DNA of 60,000 nt from Lytechinus pictus (Eukaryota): positions 39,682,001-39,742,000 of the forward strand of contig NC_087251.1 of the NCBI RefSeq assembly GCF_037042905.1. Direction: 5' to 3'. The notes below the pieces were generated by a model that saw only the letters and a list, made by a program, of their open reading frames with translations, did not search any database and had not been told where the DNA came from. The position numbers were made by a program, and so were the translations under genes. Of the stretch, positions 24,656-39,650 are shown piece after piece; position 1 is the stretch's first letter, and each line of letters starts with the position of its first letter.

Positions 24656-26312
24656 GTCTTTATCATTACTTTTTCTTATCCATTCTTTAGTCAATTAGGT
24701 TCAGTGAAAAGGTTTTCCTTTGTATCAACTTTTCATATGATTACATTTGCTTTCCAATTATATTTTTAAGTATGCATTTAGCGAATATGAAAGGTATCTA
24801 CTGCAATGCGTTCAAACGATCTGCCCCAATTTCTTTCTCCTTTACAATTCTCCCTTCTCTTCCTCTCTTTTGTATCCCTCATCCTCACTCTTTATCCCGT
24901 TTCTCATTCATTTCCGAGGATTCTCCAGCGATAACTAGTCCACATCTTCTCAATGCTTGCCCCACTTACATTTTCATTTCCATCCTATGCACCAGTCACA
25001 CCCACCAAGCCAACTCCAAACCGACAAATGATACGCCACTTGAAACAGTTGAATATCTTTTCGATCCGAGGTCGGGTTCGTTGGTGTGACTGTAGTATTA
25101 GTTTATCTTCCTCCTATCTTGTCTTTCTCCGGTATTGATCATTGTAGACTCTTGTTGCCATCTCTCATTACCCGTTCTCGTCATCCAATCTAGAACCTCA
25201 CACCCGTTCCTCTTAATCAACCCATCTTTGTCCTATGACTCATTCCTTCATCAGGACAGAGCAGCATCTGCTCGAAGTTGAATACAAGCTACATAGCCCA
25301 GATATTGTCACATAGGCCTGACTTGTCCACATATGCTACAGATATGTTGCAATTTCTGAACCATGGAGATAATGGCTCTACAATCCAAGGTCAATTTTTG
25401 CATATCTCTTGCAAAAAAGTGACCCTTCACCCATTAACCATTGTCTATTTGATTATAATGATAATAATTCTTATTTACCCAGGATAGCCACTTATGCTTT
25501 TATGAAGTATTATCCCAGTGCATCCTGCATAACATAGTGTTCATAACGTCAAGCAGTGACAAGAAAGTAGAAAGTTCCATTCGTAAGAGTGTGGTATGGC
25601 TCTGCCCGGGATCGGAAATCCACAACTGCCCGTTCATGAGGTGGCCACCCTCCAACAGATGAAATCAATGGATAAATGGGTTCATGGACTTCTTTTTCAG
25701 AGATATCTTCCACGCTCTGATGAAAATGGCAAGGGAGAATGGTTGCTCATGTCATGGAGGAAATCGCATGTCGGTACCTGTATGTACCTGTACGTCAGTA
25801 ACACATATTTTTGTTGGAATTGTTGATGGCCTGCCAAGAGAAGATAGTACATTCAGCTAGAGCTGGATCAATATTTGTTATCAAGTATTATTTTTCGTCA
25901 TTGCCCTTTGAAAAGCAGTCTACTGCTTATGCCTATATTGCCATATTTCATATTGCCATTGCCCATGCATCCATGCATGTGTTCATCCACTTTCTTCATA
26001 GATGGAAGTAGAAATATATTGCTAATCCCAAAAATGGAGAATTATATATCAAATTAAAGGGGAAAATAAGAACATGATGGTATACTTTATTAATCATGGA
26101 GACCGATGGAAGTCAGTTATTTGATAGTTTTAGAGTTCTTTCTGTGAACGCTTCGAACACGCAGAATTACGTCAGCGAAATTGGGTGTTTTTTTATGACG
26201 TGTATGTGTGTACGAGAGACGTCATCAAATTCGAGGCATATTTCGGAGAGGCATTTTAGCGCTTTATAACCGGTGATTTCCGTCCTTTGTACTTATTTTC
26301 AATTATTTTTAG

Positions 26313-26689
26313 ATGCCATGATGATAATCCCCACACCATTACCTTTCCATTGATATACAATAAGGCCATATTCATAATCTGTATATTTCTCCTCTAAAGC
26401 TCTGGCCCATTTTCCCCGCTTCCAAGACAAGTCACCAAATACCCCACGCTCAGAATCGACCTGTTCCCCCGCTCTTCCTCTTTCCTGCTTCCTCCCTCCG
26501 CCCAACATTAGCATTATACCAGCCAGCGCGGCAGCACAGCAGCCACCCAGACCTCTCCCATTCTTCAACCCCGCATCAGCAGCGCTAAGAGGAGCGCTAA
26601 CAGAGCTCTCAATTACACTAAAGAGGCAGCAGTGCTTTGATTACTCTATACCTAGGTGCCTAGATGACTGTATTATGCCAGCTAATATG
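26313..26689 (+). other. Candidate alternative 5' exon of the ASPP gene
   Basis: Polypyrimidine acceptor TTTTTAG at 26312; ATGCCAGCTAATATG|GTAAG donor at 26690, phase 0 compatible with exon 30937; CpG- and CRE-rich sequence upstream at 26150-26290. Confidence 0.4.
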
Positions 26690-28345
26690 GTAAGCTGAGA
26701 GTCGGGTTGCCAGATTTTTTTTTTCAAGGTGTGAGAAAGAAGAGAAAATTCAATTCGCCTAATCCTGCTAATGCTCTGATTTTCGCGTCGCTTGTCGGTG
26801 CTGTATTCTGGAATATAGGCCGCCGTATCTAGAAAGACTGTGCAGTGCAAGAATAGCCATTAGAAAGAAATATAAGCCATTTTAAACGTGAGATGTTGGA
26901 GTCATTTTCTCTCCCGTAAAGATACGGTGAAAGATTCAGGGATAGCATTGAAAATACAATGTACTGATTGATGTCATGTACAAAGGATATACTAGGACAA
27001 CTCGAGCTAGGATGTTTGATAATAGGCTGATAGAATGTAACCTCCTTTGCCTTGTCAATTCGAAATCAAGTGATATTATGTATCTTGCCTATCCTTACTT
27101 AGTCATGGTTGATGAAGCAGAAATGTACGTGTCAAGATTTTGTTTGGTTTGGTGATGTTCATTTCTATTATTGATGCTCATAAATAGCATTGCCAAGCCT
27201 CTTTTCCTTGAACCTTTGGCAGAGTTGGCTTCTATAGGTGTAACCAAGCTTTCTATCTACTCTATAATGACTGTATTTTGTTCCTTGATGATCAGAATAG
27301 TGTTTTCAGTTGTCTTATTCATATTCTTATTTTGATCTGTATAAATAATATGCTGCAAATCATTCTTGATCTTTGCAACAACGGTCGTTTTAACCATACT
27401 CTGATACATGTACTGTATAACCTAATGTGTGTGCAAATTAGTATCCTATGAAATCAAGTGATCAGAGAAAAAAATTACATGGGGGCGCACAGCCAATTGC
27501 ACCCCCCCCCCCCCAAAAAAAAAAAGGGGGGGGGAAATGCCACAAAGAGCCATGAAAATCCCCATTTTATATCCAGTAAAAAAAACTAAATTTTGACTGG
27601 TAAGCTCAAACAGAAGTCCTGAAAAAAATTTCTGCAAAGTGATGCTAAAATTGACTTTGTAGTGTACATTTCTTTTTCCAGTGGGAATAATGGCAGCAGT
27701 TGAGCTTTGTCAAAAAAAGTCCTAGATCCCTCGTAGAGTCAGGGTGATCCCGAAAAATTCATAAGATGTATGGGTAGTCGTCTTCTGCTGCCACTGCTAG
27801 GGGTCATATGGGGTCGTGAGGTGTCAGCTGTCTTCATTTGTTTACATGGGGGGAGCATCACATGAAACAAATAGTGATTTTTCACTGACTATTGTTATTA
27901 GCTACTGCATCTGATTGGCTAAGAGCAAATTTCTCAGTGAAAGTCACAGACAAGATGTTTCATGAAACACTCCCCCCGGGGGGGGGGGGGGTCTTGATTC
28001 TCCCGCATAGTATATCATATTTCAAACTTTGGGAGCTAGATGTAGAGGTAGTTCCTTTAAAAGTGTCTTTTGCAGCATTTCATGTTTGCCAAGATTGTGT
28101 CACTGAATGATGATAGGGGCATCATCACCTCTTGGTTGCATTAATTATTTTTATCAGTCTGAATATCGTTTGAGGTTGTGTGTATTATATACTACTAGCT
28201 TTGCTTCTTGCATTTAATAGTAGACCAAAAATTTCCAGAATTGTATATTGCTGCAAAGTTAAGATAAAACTACTGTAGTTTTGCTTTTTAGGCCTACTGG
28301 TACTCCTTTTTGTACTGTTTTTGCACTGTATATAGAGGCAGTCCA

Positions 28346-28620
28346 GGGCCCAGTCTTACAAAGAGTTGCAATTGATCCAATCAATCGCAACTATGGAAAG
28401 CCAGCAAAGTCAACATGTAAGATGCATGTTTGTTTTTAAAAAAATTCTAGATATGAATGTATATCCATAAATTCATTGATTTCTTTGACAATTTGGTGTG
28501 TTCTCCTACATTTACAAAGGACATTTTGCAAATTCCCTGAAGAAAAAATTATGACACTAATGGATTTCCATAGAGTTACGATTGATTGGATCAATTGTAA
28601 CTCTTTGTAAGACGGGGCCC
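28346..28620. mobile_element. Harbinger-type MITE
   Basis: TIR GGGCCCAGTCTTACAAAGAGTT / AACTCTTTGTAAGACGGGGCCC; partial copy at ~56460-56709. Confidence 0.75.
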
Positions 28621-29463
28621 TGATGATCATGAGATGATAAAGAATAGGTTATGAGGTAGGAATAGGTCTAAGTGCTTTGGCAAGTTGGCCTATTTGTGGA
28701 TGGCAGGCTCAGTTTCTCCTGTGATAATTAACTCAATAGAAATGAAAATAATTTTATGTTCCTCTTTCATTCTGTTCAGAATATATCCCCTTTTCATACT
28801 GTATATCCCAATCAAGTCAGCTTTTCCTTAAATGCCATCTTGTTCATATTCACAAAGTACATGCTTTATCAGATGTGATCTATGCGATGGTGCTTCTACT
28901 TTTATTTTACTTATAGTTACAGAATGTAATATTTCAAAATTGGATTACAAATTATGGATCTGTTAACTTATCATGGAGTTCATTGTATGTAGTAGTACCA
29001 GCAATAAACATCTGGAATTGATAATCCAATAGACTGTATGGTTTCACTCTTTAATGAGAAAGAATATGATTTACAAATTCAGTAATTCTTCAGTGCATAT
29101 TTCTTTGTGATATCTCTAGATGCATTTTAAATGAATATTGGTTGTACAAATGTGATTTGTTATTAAAGTTGTATACATTTACATAGTTGTACCAACTTTC
29201 TTACAAAAACATTCCACAATATTTGCAGATCTTTTAACCTGAAGGTAGTATTCATGAAATTTCTACTTTAAAGCACGGAAAAAAAATCAATCATAGAAAA
29301 CTATATTTTGTAACACAATTCCTATTTATGAAGGCCTGCCATAAATCTCAATGCATCATGTTTTTGAATGTGATGTAGATTTTACACCTCTTTCATTTAT
29401 TCCAGCAACAGCGAATCTGAAAAGACATCCTTATGTGTGCCTTTAAGATTTTGGTTTTCATTA

Positions 29464-29936
29464 GGTGGTTTCAAACCGCCTCGATCACAAGAATCCCCGT
29501 TAAATTACGAGAACATTTTTAGGCTTAAAAATACCCATTAATTATTCCTGCATTTACACCGCCCCGAAACGTACACTTTGGGATAAATTCCCGAAGTTTG
29601 GAGCATGCGCAGAATGGTCTAATAAGCAGGCAAGGCGTGAGATTCAAAATCACTAGCCCAACAGCCACCCACGGCGCCGCATCCAACGACACGCTGGGCT
29701 AAAAGTTCCCGTAATTTGCTTTCACATCGCCAAAATACCTGCGACCTTGGAAAAATCCCCGCGAAAGTTCTCGTAATTTTGCCAAGTACCTACTATTTAG
29801 CGGGTATTTTCTTTCGGGGAAATTACGCGTAGTTTGCTTTCACATTACCAAAATACCTGGTATTTTCTGATCGGGGTAAATTTCCCGATCAGAGAATACC
29901 TGGAACTGACAAACTTCGAGGCGGTCTGAAACCACC
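29464..29936. mobile_element. TIR MITE
   Basis: TIR GGTGGTTTCAAACCGCCTCGA / TCGAGGCGGTCTGAAACCACC flanked by TA. Confidence 0.8.
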
Positions 29937-30936
29937 TATTGATGACTGAATAAGAAATGACATGAATGCTGAACACATTTAAGAAGCGTTATGCTTTCTG
30001 GGTCAGAAAATTGTCTCATGAATGCTGCTGTATGCCACAGTCACATTAACGAAACTGACTCCAAACCAACCAGTGGTTTATCATTGGAAATAACATAATA
30101 GATTTGGTCTGTATTGGGTCGGTTTTGTTGGTGTGACTGCTGTAGTAGCATTTATATCAAAAGCCTCAAGAAGCCTGAAGACTGTGTATTTGGCCTCCAT
30201 GATAGGTCGTAAACATAAATGGTTTATTTTGTACTATTACTTTTGACCTTGTGGTTTGAAAGCAATTGTCAAAGACGTTGTCTGTACTCCAGATAGATGC
30301 CTGCAGGGGGAATCCAGTAAGTTGTAAAGGAGTTCAATGGCGGTGGCTACAAATCATTATGTGGCATGCATGCACACTGTGGATCGTTGGTGTAGATAAA
30401 GAGTGGATCACTCAAAACCATGGTCACTGCGCTGAACGGTGTTAACCTGCATCGCGTTTTAATGCAGAAGTAAGAACCTGCAGCTCACAAACTGATAATT
30501 TATCACTGTTATTTATTTGGACAGTTCATCATTGGGTGCTTGCATCTAGGAGCTTTGACATAATTTATCTAAGAATTTCGGAGAAGAGAAAGGTGTGTGA
30601 TTACCTCGTACAATATAATGGAAGTGTTTCACGAACCATCATGTCTGATTTTCACATAGAAAGCTTGCTCTCAACCAATCAGGTGCAAGTATTTCATTAG
30701 CTCCTAACATTTGACAGTGAAAATCACTAACAAATCTTTAAGAAACACTCCCAAGATGACAGCATACTAATGTTATATACTGTATAATATCGCCCCTCGC
30801 TTGGTGATTTTCAGCAAGTGATGCCAGTTTTCCTATTCATCTGATTGAGGATGATGGTATATCAGCTTTTTCGATTTCCTCTCAATCTTATTTTTGTTTT
30901 TCTTTCCGTTTCATTTTTCTTTCATGACTCATACAG

Positions 30937-31074
30937 GGAAGTACAGAGCTGAACCTGAATGAGCTTCGAGACATGGCTTCGCGTCAGCAACAGCAGATAG
31001 AGATGCAGCAACAGATGCTGGTTGCCAAGCAACAGAGACTTAAGTTCCTCAAGCAACAAGAGGTGAAGCATCAG
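30937..31074 (+). CDS. PPP1R13B: ASPP-family protein (ASPP1/2-like), coiled-coil exon
   Basis: AG/GT bounded, phase 0-0; [46 protein letters not shown] resembles the Gln-rich coiled coil of ASPP1/2. Confidence 0.92.
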
Positions 31075-34000
31075 GTGAGTCACAGCATCGTGGGTCAAAG
31101 GTCGTGTCATGGGGTCATAGGTAACCATGGATGCCCCCTCCCAATGAAAGCAGTGGTGTTGGTGTCTGATGATGTAATCAGATGTAATGGAAATAGAACA
31201 TCAGGGGCCCGGTTTCACGAACACTTACAACTATGATAACTTTGACATGATAGCAACTACTGTAGCCACATGGCTCAGGAGCCAATCAAAATCTAGGTTT
31301 CGGTGGTAGTAGTAGTAGTAGTAGTAGTAGCTTTGTATGAAACTGGCCCCAGTATTTCAGAGGCAAATTGTTATTTTTAGATTGACATAGATAGTTTCAT
31401 ATATGATTTATATCTGCAATTTTTTTTGCATTTTATTTTGCATTACTTTGCCATGTTGTCGGAGGGAACTGTGTAGCAAGTTATAATTAAAACTTGCAAT
31501 AATGGCAAAGCTATGTGGGAGAGCATGTAGGGGGAGGGGATCTCCCAATTTCTCTCTAGGCTTACCGTGTCCTATATTGGCCGGCTCCTCTTTGAAGTTC
31601 AGAAATAAATTACATGTCTCTATGTCAGGGTGGCCTTTTGTAGTTTGTAACTTGAGATGTAACAGGTTAATTGCGTATTATTATTATTTTCAGAAAATTG
31701 ATTGAAACAGGTCAGGCAAAGCATCCTGGGGCCTTATTCTTTGAATCTGACTATGTATGAAGTTTCAAGACTTTTAATAGAATGCATAATTCTATTCAAT
31801 GGAATGCCAAAGAAATTATGATTTTTTTTTCATTATTATCTTGAAAAACATGCCCACTTTTTCACAGAAATATCATCAAATCTCTCTTTGAAGCAATTTA
31901 GTTTCTCTCAACATCTGAGTCACAGAATTTAAATGACAATTCATTAAAAAAATAATAATTACATGTATGATATTGATGATTTTTGTTGTACATGTAGTCT
32001 TGATTCTGTTTTCATCAGGTCATTGATGCAAATCTGCTTTTTGCTGATCTTTTATACCTGAATAAACGTATTCTAATAAATAAATAGATAGATAAATATA
32101 TGGAATGCCTAAGAAATTCAATTATCTTGAAAACCTGCCTCAGTTATTCACTGATATGTCATGAAATCTCCAAGTCGGTCACAAATGTAGAATTGGAATT
32201 ATTAATTAGATAGATTTTCAACTGATTTTTCAGCCTCATTTAATAAGCATTGCTGACTCTGGAGAACTTCTTTGAAGCCTAATGGTCACTACTGGTCATT
32301 CCAGTAATTTATGTGACCTTATGTGCATCTACAGTACAAGCATGCATCAATCAGCCTTGACCACTCCACATGTGGTCATTGGTCAAGTGCATTCTGAGGA
32401 CACCAAGAAAGGCTTCTGTAAAACCATATGATCTACATGTACACCTGTTCCCAATCTGTATAATAGTTGTTATTGATAATTGATCTGAATTAATCCGTCA
32501 ATCGATCATACATTTCAGCCACACACATGTGTACCAATTATAGGATGTTTATAGGGCAAGTCTTTCCAGGCAGAAAGTTGATTTTTATAGAAATGCTTGT
32601 CGGAAAAAGCCATTTCTTTTGTATTTTATTGTATGAATTATTCAATAGTTGTCCTTAAAATAGTTTGCAGTTGATTTTTTGAAATATTTTTTAATAGTCC
32701 TGATGGAAAGGGTATTATGGTATTACATATTTTCTCGTAAATTCAGTCCTTTCCCTCTTTCTCTTTCTCTCATTTTCAACATTCATCTCAATCTTTCTCC
32801 AAATTCCCTTTACTACCATGACATGTCACTCTTGAGTGGGCATTTAATTTAATACTTTAATCGGCACATGTCTAAAGATTAAAGAGATGATAGGAAATGC
32901 TGATAAGAAATTTGATTTAATAATCCAAACCCCTCTCTAATCTGCCTCCTCGATCGATAAGGTCCTTGAGGTATCTTGACTTGATGTGGCCTGGCATTCT
33001 GGTAATGGGTGATGCGGGAGTGTTTCACGAAGCATCTTGTCAGTGATTTTCACTGATAAAGTAGCTCTCAGCCAATCAGATGCAAGGATTTCAGTAGCTT
33101 GTAACATTAATCAGTGATTTTGATTTGCTACTTGTTACCTGAAATGCTCCTGGGGTCTTGAGATGAAGGAGATTCCTACAGGGTACACCCTGATCTGTGA
33201 CTTGAACTAATGAATTTATTTGGCAAACTTATACAAAATAGATTTGGAGCTCTAATGACTTATGTTTTCTGTTTCAATAGTCAAGATATATAACAGTCAA
33301 GTTGATTTCTATACATTCAGATGAAAAGAAGAAAAGAAAAGATTCATGAGCACATCAGCAATGCTATAGAACATTAATAGTACATGTACATGTATGCATC
33401 CAAAGTGCTGAAAATTTTTCTTTTCATTTCTTGCTCTCTCAAGGTTCATTTATTTATTACCCTTCTCGAGCTCATAAATTCAAAGGTTTTTAGTTCTTAT
33501 TATTACACATGCTTAATGCAGTCAGTTCGTATTGCCGATGGCCTTGTCTTGTTCTCAGAAAAATATGAATATTGCAATTTCCTGTAAAATGTGTAAGGAT
33601 CCCCACGGCTGGTTGCACGCAAGGAGAGAAAAATCAATATGAGATGTGTCTTGTGTCATATTAGAGATTCGAAGAAAGAATATCTACATGTAGAGATATT
33701 TACTCTAGTCTGCTTTGCAAACCTTTCACTAGAGTTAAGGGGACTGAATGAGCAGCCTGTGATGACTTGTGTTCTGAAGAAATTGAAACAGTGAGTTTTC
33801 CATGTGCTAGTCTTGTGTGAAGACCCACTCGTTGATCATAGTTTCATCAGGGTCTGTGCCCGCAGACTACTTTTCTTTCCCCTTCTTTTTTCTTCCTTCT
33901 CTCACGTTGACATTCCCGTTCACATTTCATCCTAAACAGAAATTGTGGGGGGGGGTCTATATCATGGAAGTGATTATAAGGTTTTCATTTTCTTTATTCC

Positions 34001-37000
34001 TTCCATCCCCCCCCCCCATCTCTCAACTCCATCCTCGACTTTCCAATTTACCTCTTCCCTTTATTCATAAAATTTTTCCATCTTTCTCTTTTTTTAATAG
34101 TCATTATTTACCGATCTTCCTCAAGATTTTGGCGGGCCCAAATCTACCCAACTCAAGTATAGCACATTACCAGCATTTGGGCTTCTCACGGTCCCAGACA
34201 TTTGGTTTGCCTGTAACTCCCATCATAAACCGCACTCAGTGGATTTAGGGCGGGTGGAGGCTTATACCCTTTCCCTTCTCAGTTATAAGTTGGCCCTGGT
34301 CGAAGCTGAATCACCTCTTTGCCTGGCAAAAAAAAAATTATATTAGAAATTCTCAGTCATATTGCATTCATAGCTAAATTTTGGTTGGCCATAATGTCGT
34401 TTTGAATAGCCAAAGGGCTTTAGATTGGGAATGGATATTTGTTTCCCTCTTTGGGTAACTTCAAGTTCGGTTTTGGTGTTGGTGTAGGTGTTAGAAGCAC
34501 AATTTTGGTTTGCTTCCCCTAGCTTCATACCTATTCTGAGTTTATAAATATTACCCAGATCACATTCTTGACATCTCAACACCTAGTGAAATTCGTCCCT
34601 ATACCAGCTTCATTTTAAGTAGCTTTCTACTGTTTCTACAGGTGTTCCATTTTTCATTTATTTCTATCACTTACAATATTGATTTACTATGCTTATGTAT
34701 TTGATCTATTTTTTGTATATACATGTGTATTTCAAATATACATATTTTGTTGTTTTTTAATGGAAAAGAATAAATGAATTGAATTGAATTGAAAAAAATA
34801 TGATACTATGTTGACATTGAAATTGACTTAACACCAACACCAATAGGTCAACACCAAACTTGAAAATACCCATTGCCTCTGCATATAGATCTATCAATAG
34901 AACGGCTGAAGTATATCTTTAATTTTAATAATTCAGATCTGCGTCAGTGCACAGTATTTACCACTCGCCAGCAAAAAGCATATCTCCTTTTACAAATTGG
35001 ATTAGGCTATGAAGCCTGTGTTGCTTACATACAAATACAGGTGAAAATGGCGTGGTGCTGGGTTAAGTTATTAGCAATTATCTGGAATATTTCAGGAATT
35101 ATTACTGACCTTTAAAAATGGATACCTACATGTGATATAGTGTATAAGGGGTGGTTGTTTGCTGTGAAGCAGTTTTACCCCAAGAAAAAATATTGAGTAA
35201 TCATCGTTGGTAGATAAAAAGTCATGAAATTAGTGAATACAGTGAAAAACTATCCATCTGGTCACTTGATATTGAATTCAATAGCCATTTTTTCTTTAAT
35301 ATTTTTATGTGGGCTGCAGAAGACGCTTTTAAGTGATTATCAGATTTACATGAGATTATTAATTGTTCTAAAAAAAAGTTTATTTGTGACTATATAATTT
35401 AAACTTAAGAAAGATATGATATTTTGAGAAATTTACTAAGTTCTGTTTGTTATTTTTAAGTCCAAGGATAGATATTTTATTACCATTTTTGCAACTTGTA
35501 TCCATCTGATGTCAATCAACAAAAACAAGAAATACAATTTGCATTTTGATTTCCTTATTTGTAAGAGTATCCCATACTGATGTAGAAGTGAAAGAGGTGA
35601 AACAAATAAAGATAGGAATGAAAAATTTGAAATAAAATATTCCTTTCTGAATGGAATTTCAAAGTGCCAGCAGCTATTTGAACTCAAGTGAATAAAGAAC
35701 ATAAATACCAGCAATATAGTCATTAAGTATAATTTAGAGATGCTAGAACGGTATAACATTGTGAAAGCATTTGCATTTAACTCTTTTATAACTTGCTGTT
35801 GTATGTTGTATCAAGAGTAGCATAGCGACAGTGGCATGTTCCTGGCGGGCTTCTCACATTAGATTGAACGTACATAGCTTGAAATAAGATACATGTATGA
35901 TTATTATAATGGTATGGAAACTTAGTCTACCAAAGTTAATGTGAGCTAAAAATGTTATAAATTCTGTGAATTTTCCTCTGCTGTTGTAGAGTAATGAAGA
36001 TGAATTTGATTTTTATATGTCTTTTAGCTGTATTTTATAATCCCCTGCCCATGTTAATAGGGATCCAGGCCAGGGTCCTACAACATTGAGCTTAGTGATT
36101 GATTGGGGGGGGGGGTTGATTTTAATGATTGTGATTGATCATACACAGTAATCAATGCAATCAATTGTAAAAATGAGCCCCACGATCAATTGTTATGCTT
36201 TATGTTACAGGGCCTTGATGTTTGCAAGATGTACCACGGGCGTAGGGGGGGGGGTGGTAACTTTTTCGCACTTAGTTTACAAGCAAATGAAAGGGAGGGG
36301 GGAATAAAAAGAGCTCCTTAAAAGTGGAAAGGTGCCCCCTTTGCCGCCACCCCAGCCATATTTGTATGCACCGAATATGAAATAGTAAAACACCTCAATC
36401 TCACCGGCCTCAGCATGATGCTGTTGAAAGTAAGATTTGCCCATATTTTTGTCTGGGGAATGTTAGGTGTGGTGTCTGGGATAAATGGCACGTGCTGATT
36501 CAGTTTTATAACTCAATGGATTATTGAAGACTGTTTGTTGCAGAGATGTGTTTATAACTAGTTCTTCTATATATGCCCTTTCTTCTCATAGGACATTAGT
36601 ATTTTGTGTCTTACGGTCATATCAAATTTCAGGTCTCAAAATGTATTTATGATTTAATATATGATTTTTTTCCCTTTTCCATTCTTCATCAAACTATTAT
36701 GAAAATTCTTCTCCTGAGATATGTCTCCATGATTTGAAAGAAAGAGAATTTGTGGGTTTTTAGATTATTCTCCTTAATGAATTAGTTTTTCTGACAATCT
36801 TCCAGCACGCGCATGTTTGTGATTTTGATGATTAATTTGTGTCCACCATATTGTCTTTGTGCGTCACAAGATCATATTTGTAACTTTGGGTGACTTCATC
36901 TTGAAATGCAGCAAGACATTAATTCAATTATTTTACTCAATGGCAAGGCTTTTAATTATTTCCAGCCTGCCTGTGCTTACAATTTCACCTTTTTTTCTTA

Positions 37001-39196
37001 TTTGAAGTAAAATCAAACAAACAGAGGAATATGGAATCTGTTATTTTGAATGCAGCCTAGCATGGCCATCCACAATTGGATTTGGATACAAAGAAATCCA
37101 ATAGTGTATGGCCTTGTTAAGGGACCAATTATATTAAAGCATAGCAAGAAACAGAATGAATTAGTGCCAGAAAGACGTTTCAACATTAAAGTTTTAGATA
37201 CTTTGCATACTCCTATTTTGTGCGTACGTATTTGAGATGACTAATGTGGGTGACCCATGCCTTCCTTGTGAAAAGTAATTAAAGATAATCGTAGCAATCC
37301 TTTAACATTAAAATAATTGAAGCAATTCATTTCAAGAATTGCTGTAATAAAACTATATTTTTTAGTTTTATTGCAGCAATTGTTGAAATAATAGATGCAG
37401 GTTGAGAATATGTATTTTAGTGCATAAACAATTTCAAACATAAATAGTTTCTCCTGTGAGGAAAAAGCAAATTGTAATAAATTTGCACCGCATGTGTCAG
37501 GCATCCTTTGAGAGTTTGAGATGTGCTGTTGTACATGTGTTTATATAAACCTGTTCAAACACCATTATCTCTAATACTACTGTCACACTGACGAAACTAA
37601 CTCCAGTCTGACCAAATTTGTAACGTTATTACGAATGACATTCCATCGGTCAGTTTGGAGTGGGTTTCGTTGGTGTGGCTGCAGCATTAGGATTCCTTAA
37701 TTGGTCATCTGGACAAGGTGTGGCGATGACTAGAAAACAAACAATGAATGAGTCATGCATCATTAAGCTGGTCAATAATAATGACCTTGGCTATTCTTGA
37801 TGAAGGCAGAATTGTACATGTACGTATGGTCCATTGAAGGTACATGTACAACAGTTGCATTTCATTTGCTTCTGAGACAATTACTCCAGGCTATATTTTG
37901 TCAAAGATGTAGGGTTAGGGCAAGTAACTCCTTGGTTAGGGTAAGGGTTGCAGTAGGGTTTTATGTTAAGTTTAGAGTTAGGGTAGGGTGTGGTGTAGTG
38001 TTAGATCCAGGGTTGAAGTCAGTCATTCAATGCCATGGAACCTGAACAACACCTATCGGTGTCTCATGATTACACCGGTTATCCGTATCTATTTCCAGGG
38101 AATATCAAGTACCAAAGAAGACCTGTAATTTTGATACAATTCAAAATTAAAGAATTATTTATCTTTTACATGTTTATCAGTTTATCAATAAAACTATTTA
38201 ACTGGAATTTCTTTTATACCATTGCAAATTCATATTTATTGTATTCATGATCATTATTTCTCCCACTTGATGGATAATTTATTTGAAATATCAAAATGGA
38301 CTATCTGAATATATGACGTATTGAAATTGTTGTCAGAATTAATACTACAGTGGGAGATTTAGTGATACATACTGAATTCAAGACAATAGTAGCATACATT
38401 ATCGTTAGACAAACAGGTTAAGATTATGACTATAAATACTGCAGCCATTTGTATTAGAAGAAAACATTCAGATGCATTCCCATAATTGTTGCATGCATAG
38501 ATATTGTACTCAGAAATTATGCTCCTTGATGGAATCCCCTGAAATGACGATAAACTTTGTTGATTTTTAGTTATCCTTTGATAACCGAACTCTGTCATGT
38601 ATTGGTAATAAAAGTAACAGGAAATTTCAAACTGTAATACGCGGTGCAGTGATTGTAATAAAGACAGGAAGGTAATAAATCTACATGCATCTGTGCATAC
38701 TTTAACCTATTTCTGTCATTCGTATGTCAATGGCTATTTCGTGATGAAATACCTTCTGGGGATAATCCCCAGACATGATTTTGTCACTTTTTTTAAGCCT
38801 CCCATCTCTTATAAAAAAATCGCCTTCTGAAGTTTTTTTCCACAATAATCCATCATTCTCATGAGACTAATTTTATTTAACCATGTTCTGTAAAAGCTTT
38901 CCCTTTCTTTCCCTGAATTCAATATTATTTTTGCTGCTCAGTTTTATTATGGTTTTCAATTTTTATTGTTTTCATGTTATCCTTCACTTTTTTTATATAT
39001 TTATTTCAGTCTGGTTTTGTATTTATTCATTTATCTTTTGTCCGTTTTTGAAAACCTATCTGAGTCTTTCCGTCTTTACCGGTGTTGCCTTCAGTGTGAA
39101 TGCTCAGACCTACAATAAACTACTTGGGATAACCTCATCTCGCTATAACTCCGCAACAAACTTTTGCTCTCAAACCATAGTAATAGCAGCGGGACA

Positions 39197-39370
39197 GGGG
39201 CCGTTTCATAAAACTGAACATTCGTAAGTTAAGAGTGACTTTATGAACGAGTGCGATCCTTTTTTGTGGTAAATGATATTCACCATTAATTGTTGATTTG
39301 GTGTGTAAGAAAGGTTCACCAGTCATTCTTACTTAAAGTGGCTCTTAACTTACGAACAGCTTTATGAAAC
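39197..39370. mobile_element. Palindromic MITE (family shared with 58838-59008)
   Basis: GTTTCATAAA...TTCGTAAGTTAAGAG / CTCTTAACTTACGAACAGCTTTATGAAAC hairpin. Confidence 0.7.
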
Positions 39371-39412
39371 ATGTGATTGAATGTGTTTTTGTTGTTGTTA
39401 TTGTTCTTGCAG

Positions 39413-39542
39413 CAAGTTGCGATTGAGAACGAGAGGTTGAGAAGGCTAAGAGACAAAGTTGAACAACAAGAGATGAAGCTGCAGAAGCTGAGGGTAATGC
39501 AAGGTCAGGCAGACACTGCCAAGGTCACCAACACCAATCTTT
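39413..39542 (+). CDS. PPP1R13B: ASPP-family protein, coiled-coil exon
   Basis: AG/GT, phase 0-1; QVAIENERLRRLRDKVEQQEMKLQKLRVMQGQADTAKVTNTNL. Confidence 0.92.
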
Positions 39543-39650
39543 GTAAGTTGAACATTTTATATCATTCTTATACACATTATTCATAGTAATATGTTATTTA
39601 TCAAAATCGATTGAGCGTTATCCCAGAGTTTTGTTATTGGCTTCCATATT

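Noticed and set aside
34100..34795. Possible LINE 3' end (AATAAA followed by (TGAAT)n)
   Set aside because: No recognisable ORF2 motif upstream, so too weak to call.
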